A stretch of 20,454 nucleotides of DNA from Planctomycetota bacterium (lineage in GTDB: Bacteria; Planctomycetota; GCA-002687715; DRQF01). Below the pieces are notes generated by a model that ran no database searches, had not been told where the DNA came from, and saw only the letters and a program-made list of their open reading frames with translations. The position numbers and the translations under genes were made by a program. The stretch is taken from NCBI GenBank assembly GCA_036479435.1, contig JAZGFI010000158.1, positions 1-20,454 on the forward strand, given 5' to 3'. Shown piece after piece: positions 16,004-20,454 of this stretch. Position 1 is the first letter of the stretch, and every line of letters begins with the position of its first letter.

Positions 16004-17319
16004 GCCAAGCCGCCACCGAAAAGGGCTTCGATTACAAAATCGCGGACATCAATCTTGCCGATTGGGGTCGCAAGGAAATCATCATCGCCGAAGGCGAAAT
16101 GCCGGGCCTGATGGGTATCCGCAAAAAGCACCACGCAGCACAACCGCTCAAGGGCGCGCGCATCGCGGGTTGTTTGCACATGACGATTCAAACCGCCGTG
16201 CTGATGGAGACACTGGTCGACCTCGGCGCCGAAGTGCGTTGGTCTTCCTGCAACATCTTCTCCACCCAAGATCACGCCGCCGCCGCCATGGCTGCCGCAG
16301 GAATCCCGGTCTTCGCTTGGAAGGGTGAGACCGAAAAAGAGGCCGAATGGTGCATCAAGCAAACCATCATCGGCCCGGATGGCTGGGTCCCGAACATGAT
16401 CCTCGACGACGGCGGCGACCTCACCGTCATGATGCACAATGATTACCCAGAGCTGCTCAAAAACGTCAAAGGCGTTTCTGAAGAAACCACCACCGGTGTC
16501 CATCGCCTCTACCAAATGGCCGAGCGCGGCGAGCTTGTCATCCCCGCCATCAACGTCAACGACTCCGTCACCAAATCGAAGTTTGACAACCTCTACGGCT
16601 GCCGCGAATCACTGCTCGATGGCATCAAGCGCGCCACCGACGTCATGATCTCTGGCAAAAAGTGCATCGTCGCTGGCTTCGGCGATGTCGGCAAGGGCTG
16701 CGCCCAAGCCTTCCAGGGCATGGGTGGCCGCGTCTACGTCACCGAGATCGATCCGATCTGTGCGCTCCAAGCCCTCATGGCTGGCTACGAAGTCGTGACC
16801 ATGGAAGAGGCCGCCGCCTACGGCGACATCTTCGTCACCACCACCGGCTGCGACGACATCATCACGCGCCCGCACATGGACGCGATGCGCGACGGCGCCA
16901 TCGTCTGCAACATCGGCCACTTCGACACCGAAATCGACGTCGCCAGTGTTTTCGACGACCCGAAGATCAAGCGCGAAGAGATCAAACCTCAAGTCGACAA
17001 GCTCACCTGGCCCGACGGCAAGAGCATCATCATCCTGGCCGAAGGTCGTCTCGTAAACTTGGGCTGCGCCACCGGCCACCCCTCCTTCGTCATGAGTGCT
17101 TCCTTCGCCAACCAAACGCTCGCCCAAATCGAGCTTTGGAACAACGCCTCCAACTACGAAAACAAGGTCTACACCTTGCGGAAGGAACTCGACGAAGAGG
17201 TCGCCCGTCTCCACCTCGACAAGCTCGGCGCCAAACTCACCACCCTCACCAAAAAGCAAGCCGACTACTTAGGCCTCGATCCCAAGGGCCCCTTCAAGCC
17301 CGAGCACTACCGCTACTAG
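16000..17319 (+). CDS. ahcY: Adenosylhomocysteinase (SAH hydrolase), 439 aa
   Basis: [70 protein letters not shown] and C-terminal [12 protein letters not shown] 16000 follows AAGGAG. Confidence 0.99.
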   Translation: MSQAATEKGFDYKIADINLADWGRKEIIIAEGEMPGLMGIRKKHHAAQPLKGARIAGCLHMTIQTAVLMETLVDLGAEVRWSSCNIFSTQDHAAAAMAAAGIPVFAWKGETEKEAEWCIKQTIIGPDGWVPNMILDDGGDLTVMMHNDYPELLKNVKGVSEETTTGVHRLYQMAERGELVIPAINVNDSVTKSKFDNLYGCRESLLDGIKRATDVMISGKKCIVAGFGDVGKGCAQAFQGMGGRVYVTEIDPICALQALMAGYEVVTMEEAAAYGDIFVTTTGCDDIITRPHMDAMRDGAIVCNIGHFDTEIDVASVFDDPKIKREEIKPQVDKLTWPDGKSIIILAEGRLVNLGCATGHPSFVMSASFANQTLAQIELWNNASNYENKVYTLRKELDEEVARLHLDKLGAKLTTLTKKQADYLGLDPKGPFKPEHYRY

Positions 17320-17340
17320 GCCTGAGCCTCTAAACAATAC

Positions 17341-17390
17341 GACGCGAGCCCCCGTCCGATCACTATCACGATCAGGCGGGGGCTCGCGTC
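17341..17390. terminator. Strong hairpin between convergent genes, probable bidirectional terminator
   Basis: GACGCGAGCCCCCG (17341-17354) and CGGGGGCTCGCGTC (17377-17390) form a perfect 14-bp stem, extendable by GATC/GATC. T-tails are only short. Confidence 0.75.
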
Positions 17391-17410
17391 ATTTCACGGT
17401 TGTCAAACGA

Positions 17411-18898
17411 TCAAAAAACGAGGCGAAGCACCGACGAGATACGAAAGCCGTCGCCTGAAACCAGTGGCAGGGCAACGGTCGCACCGTCGATCACCAGGCC
17501 CGCGGGAATGGTGCCTGCGGGGACTCCCCACTCGTAGATACCGTTGGCGTCGGCCGTCACATGGATGGGCGCGCTGCCGAGCGGAAGAAAGATCTGCTGG
17601 AGTTGCTCAGGTCCAAAAGGAAGGCCGAAGAAACTCCCCGCCCCCAAGGGTGCAGCCTGGCTCGTCAAAGCAAACAAGTTGAACACTTCGGCACCCGGCC
17701 TCAGATTGACAGCTGCAAACTCTAAGCCACCGCCGGATATAACCGCAGCGCCAGTATGGGCCTCGTTCGAGGGGCGATGGCCCTCGCCGAAAAAGAGCGC
17801 GTTGAGTCGCGGGCCGCCTGCTTGCCCAAGCCTCGTGGTGAAATAGAAGGGATCGTTGTCGCCGATGCCGGTTGCCACGGCATCGAAGAGGTCTTCACCA
17901 GTGGCCGACAAGTCTGGGAAAGGGCTATCGCTAGATTCGAGGTCCGTGACCAAACGAGGGCGATGCCGATGCGCACCCGACAACAGGTAGTAGTTGGTTC
18001 CCGAGCCCACCATCGACAGATTCGTCGACCAAGACCCGGTCGCCGAAGACTGAAAAGTCACTTGCGCATCCGTCGAACTGAAGTCTGTAAGGTTGATCAA
18101 GTCAAGCCCTGGCGAGCTGCCGCTCATCGACAAGGTGCCATCGATCATGAACGCGCTGTCGGCTGCCGTCAGCCATCTCGTGCCGTCTCTAAAGACGACC
18201 TCGGTGACTTCCGCCGTCACGGCGAAGTTTGTTCCCATAAACGAGATCGGATTCACGCCAGCGACATCCAAGAAGTGGATTTCTGAAATCGTTGAAGCCG
18301 CCGGCGTGAAATCAAAAAATCCCGCGGCGCCAGGGCCAAACGGCGCACCTTGCGCAGCACCGATCCTTTGGAAGTTTGCAAGATCCGCAAACGAATTGAG
18401 TTCGAAACCAAGCAGGAAGTCGCCCGCGAGGTCCGAAGACGAGAAGATGCCTAGGAAATCGAACAGCCCTCCGTCGGCGCGAGAAACCCGAACTCCGAAA
18501 TAGTCGTTGGGGCCAATATTGGGTGGGAAGAACCGACCGATCAAGTCTATGAATTGAATACCACCCATGTTGCCGTTGGCGCTGGAGAACCAAAAGAACT
18601 CCACAAGGTAGTCGCCAAAGGCGATGATTGGGCCAAAAGTGCCGACTCCCGTCAATATCCCGCCAAACCCCGATACGCTATACCCAAGTTCTTCGATCCC
18701 GCCGCTGCCCTGACGCACCTTCAAACGGCCAATATGCCCCAGCGTCGGTCCGACCGCTGTGGCGGGGTCGATCGTCAAGAAAAACTCGTCGCAAGTCGGC
18801 ATCAACACCTGTTGCTGTGAGCTTTTCGCAAGGGCCACGCTAAGCAGGCCCGCCAACCAAAACGCCAAAAAGCAAGTTGGAATCTTCATGCGTATCAC
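17411..18898 (-). CDS. Hypothetical secreted beta-rich protein (~495 aa)
   Basis: Signal peptide MKIPTCFLAFWLAGLLSVALA. Start is either GTG 18898, overlapping the upstream stop, or ATG 18889. Gly/Phe-rich, with no FG-GAP repeats, ending RISSVLRLVF. Confidence 0.8.
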   Translation of the reverse strand: MIRMKIPTCFLAFWLAGLLSVALAKSSQQQVLMPTCDEFFLTIDPATAVGPTLGHIGRLKVRQGSGGIEELGYSVSGFGGILTGVGTFGPIIAFGDYLVEFFWFSSANGNMGGIQFIDLIGRFFPPNIGPNDYFGVRVSRADGGLFDFLGIFSSSDLAGDFLLGFELNSFADLANFQRIGAAQGAPFGPGAAGFFDFTPAASTISEIHFLDVAGVNPISFMGTNFAVTAEVTEVVFRDGTRWLTAADSAFMIDGTLSMSGSSPGLDLINLTDFSSTDAQVTFQSSATGSWSTNLSMVGSGTNYYLLSGAHRHRPRLVTDLESSDSPFPDLSATGEDLFDAVATGIGDNDPFYFTTRLGQAGGPRLNALFFGEGHRPSNEAHTGAAVISGGGLEFAAVNLRPGAEVFNLFALTSQAAPLGAGSFFGLPFGPEQLQQIFLPLGSAPIHVTADANGIYEWGVPAGTIPAGLVIDGATVALPLVSGDGFRISSVLRLVF

Positions 18899-20406
18899 GG
18901 TCTGATCACCACTCGAATGCTGTTGGTTATTGAAAGGCCGAAGGTCTGAGAACTCGGGTCCTCAACAATGCCTTGAAGCGTAAACACGAACCCTGCTGGC
19001 AGGTTGTTCGGCAACACGCAGATCGGTGCACCCGGTGCCGCTGGCGCCAAGTTACTCGGCAGCAAACCCGCCGAAGGCGTGAAAGCATCGGTGAGGGTTA
19101 CGACCTTCGGATCTGATGACAGCCCGGGCGGGCCAAACGCGAACTCACCGAGCCCGGCTGGCAAGGTGAAAGAATCCAAGATCAGTTCGGGCCCAATGCG
19201 GCCGAAGATCGCGTGACGGCTGAGACCCATCGCGGTCGGCGGCTTGGCCAGCCACACGGTCGAGAACACTCCTTGAGGAACGATCACGCTACGCGACTCG
19301 CCCCCGAAATTAGAAGCCGCGATCCCAAACTCAGTGAACCCCAACACATCGACGCCAACACTGCCATCGCTCGCGATTACGGTTCCGGAGCGATAGGTGT
19401 CGTCGAATTCGGCGCTGCCGTAATATGCGGTAACGATACCACCAACTTGCAAGGTGCAACCGCATGCCACTACAAAATCGGCCAGGCCATCTCCGGTGAC
19501 ATCTTCATGCACCGTCAAGGTGACACCGAATCCCCCGAACGCCAAGAGGCCGTGATCAAGGCCGACCAGGGAAAAATCGGAACCTGAATAGACGTAAACA
19601 GCCCCTACCTGAAAACTACCAAGCAAGAATCCAGGGGCTCCGATGAAAATGTCGGAAACACCGTCACCATCAAAGTCCCCGCCACTTTGAATGTCAAATC
19701 CAAAGCCGATATTCGGCCCAATGGGGCTGGGAATCACGCCAATCGTCTGACCAGTAACCGGTGACACGATGTTCACATCGCCACTAAAAAAATTGAAACC
19801 GAGTTCATTCACGCCGTCTTGGTCAACATCGCCTAGACGGCGAAGCGTGGGCTGAACCACTTGGTTCACTGGTGGCAACAAGAGGTGATCCATATGACGA
19901 CCACCACTTGAGCCCCACACTTCGATGGCTCCTGAAAGTGGTGGGTTTACCGGACCGAGCTCGTAATACTCGTAGAATGCGAAATCCCGCAGTCCGTCTC
20001 CATCAATGTCATCAAGCGATACGACCTGACCACCAAACGCACGACCAAACCCACCCCCAAGCCAATGCTCAAGAACTACGCCAGTAGTCGGCGACATGAT
20101 CGCGACCACTCCTTCATTATTGTGAGCGGGGTTGCCGACGATCCACTCCTTACGCCCGTCTCCGTCCAGGTCATCGAGGAAGTCGAATCGCACAACCTGA
20201 AAAGTGATTCCGCTGGGCAAGATTGCATCCGGAACCTGTGCGATCAAAGCGCCGTTAGTGGGGTCCACGACATCAAACCTGAACTGTCCCGGTCCGTTAT
20301 TCAAGCGTTGAACGATTAGGTCGTTAAGGTGGTGTAACTTCTCTTCTGTACTTTCCACTTCGGCCTCTCTTCTCAGCTGCGGGGCCCCGAGTGATGGCGA
20401 AGCCAT
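18895..20406 (-). CDS. FG-GAP repeat protein, 5' end uncertain (possibly truncated or disrupted)
   Basis: Five DxDxDG-type motifs (DDLDGDG, DDIDGDG, GDVDQDG, GDFDGDG, EDVTGDG), IFIGAPG and GAVYVYSGSD. No signal peptide at the track start, and the frame stays open to the window edge. Confidence 0.8.
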   Translation of the reverse strand: MASPSLGAPQLRREAEVESTEEKLHHLNDLIVQRLNNGPGQFRFDVVDPTNGALIAQVPDAILPSGITFQVVRFDFLDDLDGDGRKEWIVGNPAHNNEGVVAIMSPTTGVVLEHWLGGGFGRAFGGQVVSLDDIDGDGLRDFAFYEYYELGPVNPPLSGAIEVWGSSGGRHMDHLLLPPVNQVVQPTLRRLGDVDQDGVNELGFNFFSGDVNIVSPVTGQTIGVIPSPIGPNIGFGFDIQSGGDFDGDGVSDIFIGAPGFLLGSFQVGAVYVYSGSDFSLVGLDHGLLAFGGFGVTLTVHEDVTGDGLADFVVACGCTLQVGGIVTAYYGSAEFDDTYRSGTVIASDGSVGVDVLGFTEFGIAASNFGGESRSVIVPQGVFSTVWLAKPPTAMGLSRHAIFGRIGPELILDSFTLPAGLGEFAFGPPGLSSDPKVVTLTDAFTPSAGLLPSNLAPAAPGAPICVLPNNLPAGFVFTLQGIVEDPSSQTFGLSITNSIRVVIRP

Positions 20407-20454
20407 CGCTTGGGCGCAGCCTGCGTTTGCCGGTCTCGGCAGGCCCCCAGCGCC
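20333..20454. mobile_element. Possible end of an insertion element (TGT-starting, hairpin-rich)
   Basis: TGTAAC begins at 20333, where FG-GAP-like protein character stops. It is followed by a 13-bp stem with GAA loop (20386-20414) and a second hairpin (20428-20441). No transposase is visible in the window. Confidence 0.3.

Noticed and set aside
16609..17333. 223-aa Arg/His-rich plus ORF and 216-aa antisense ORF within ahcY
   Set aside because: Typical shadows of a strongly codon-biased high-GC gene.

Overview
This is a bacterial window of moderately high GC. The multi-FG-GAP secreted proteins suggest a Planctomycetota-like diderm, but that is inference only. From left to right: a ~580-bp non-coding leader rich in inverted repeats; a two-gene + strand unit encoding a ~719-aa unknown lipoprotein and a Csp-like S8 subtilase with an unusual C-terminal tail of 9-aa Pro-rich repeats; and a tightly coupled - strand heme operon (hemE, hemY/hemG, hemX/ccsA-like, hemA, hemC, hemD). 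Next come a small membrane protein, a DR1119-like metallophosphoesterase, a stand-alone CinA/COG1058 protein, a 7-repeat FG-GAP secreted protein, and a sahR-ahcY operon with a palindromic operator and downstream terminator. Two more surface-type proteins lie on the - strand. The last appears N-terminally broken next to a hairpin-rich segment starting with TGT at the window edge, possibly an IS end. The best candidates for novelty are the lipoprotein plus protease pair with its repeat tail, and a C-terminal motif shared by three otherwise different exported-type proteins. I saw no CRISPR array, rRNA or tRNA.
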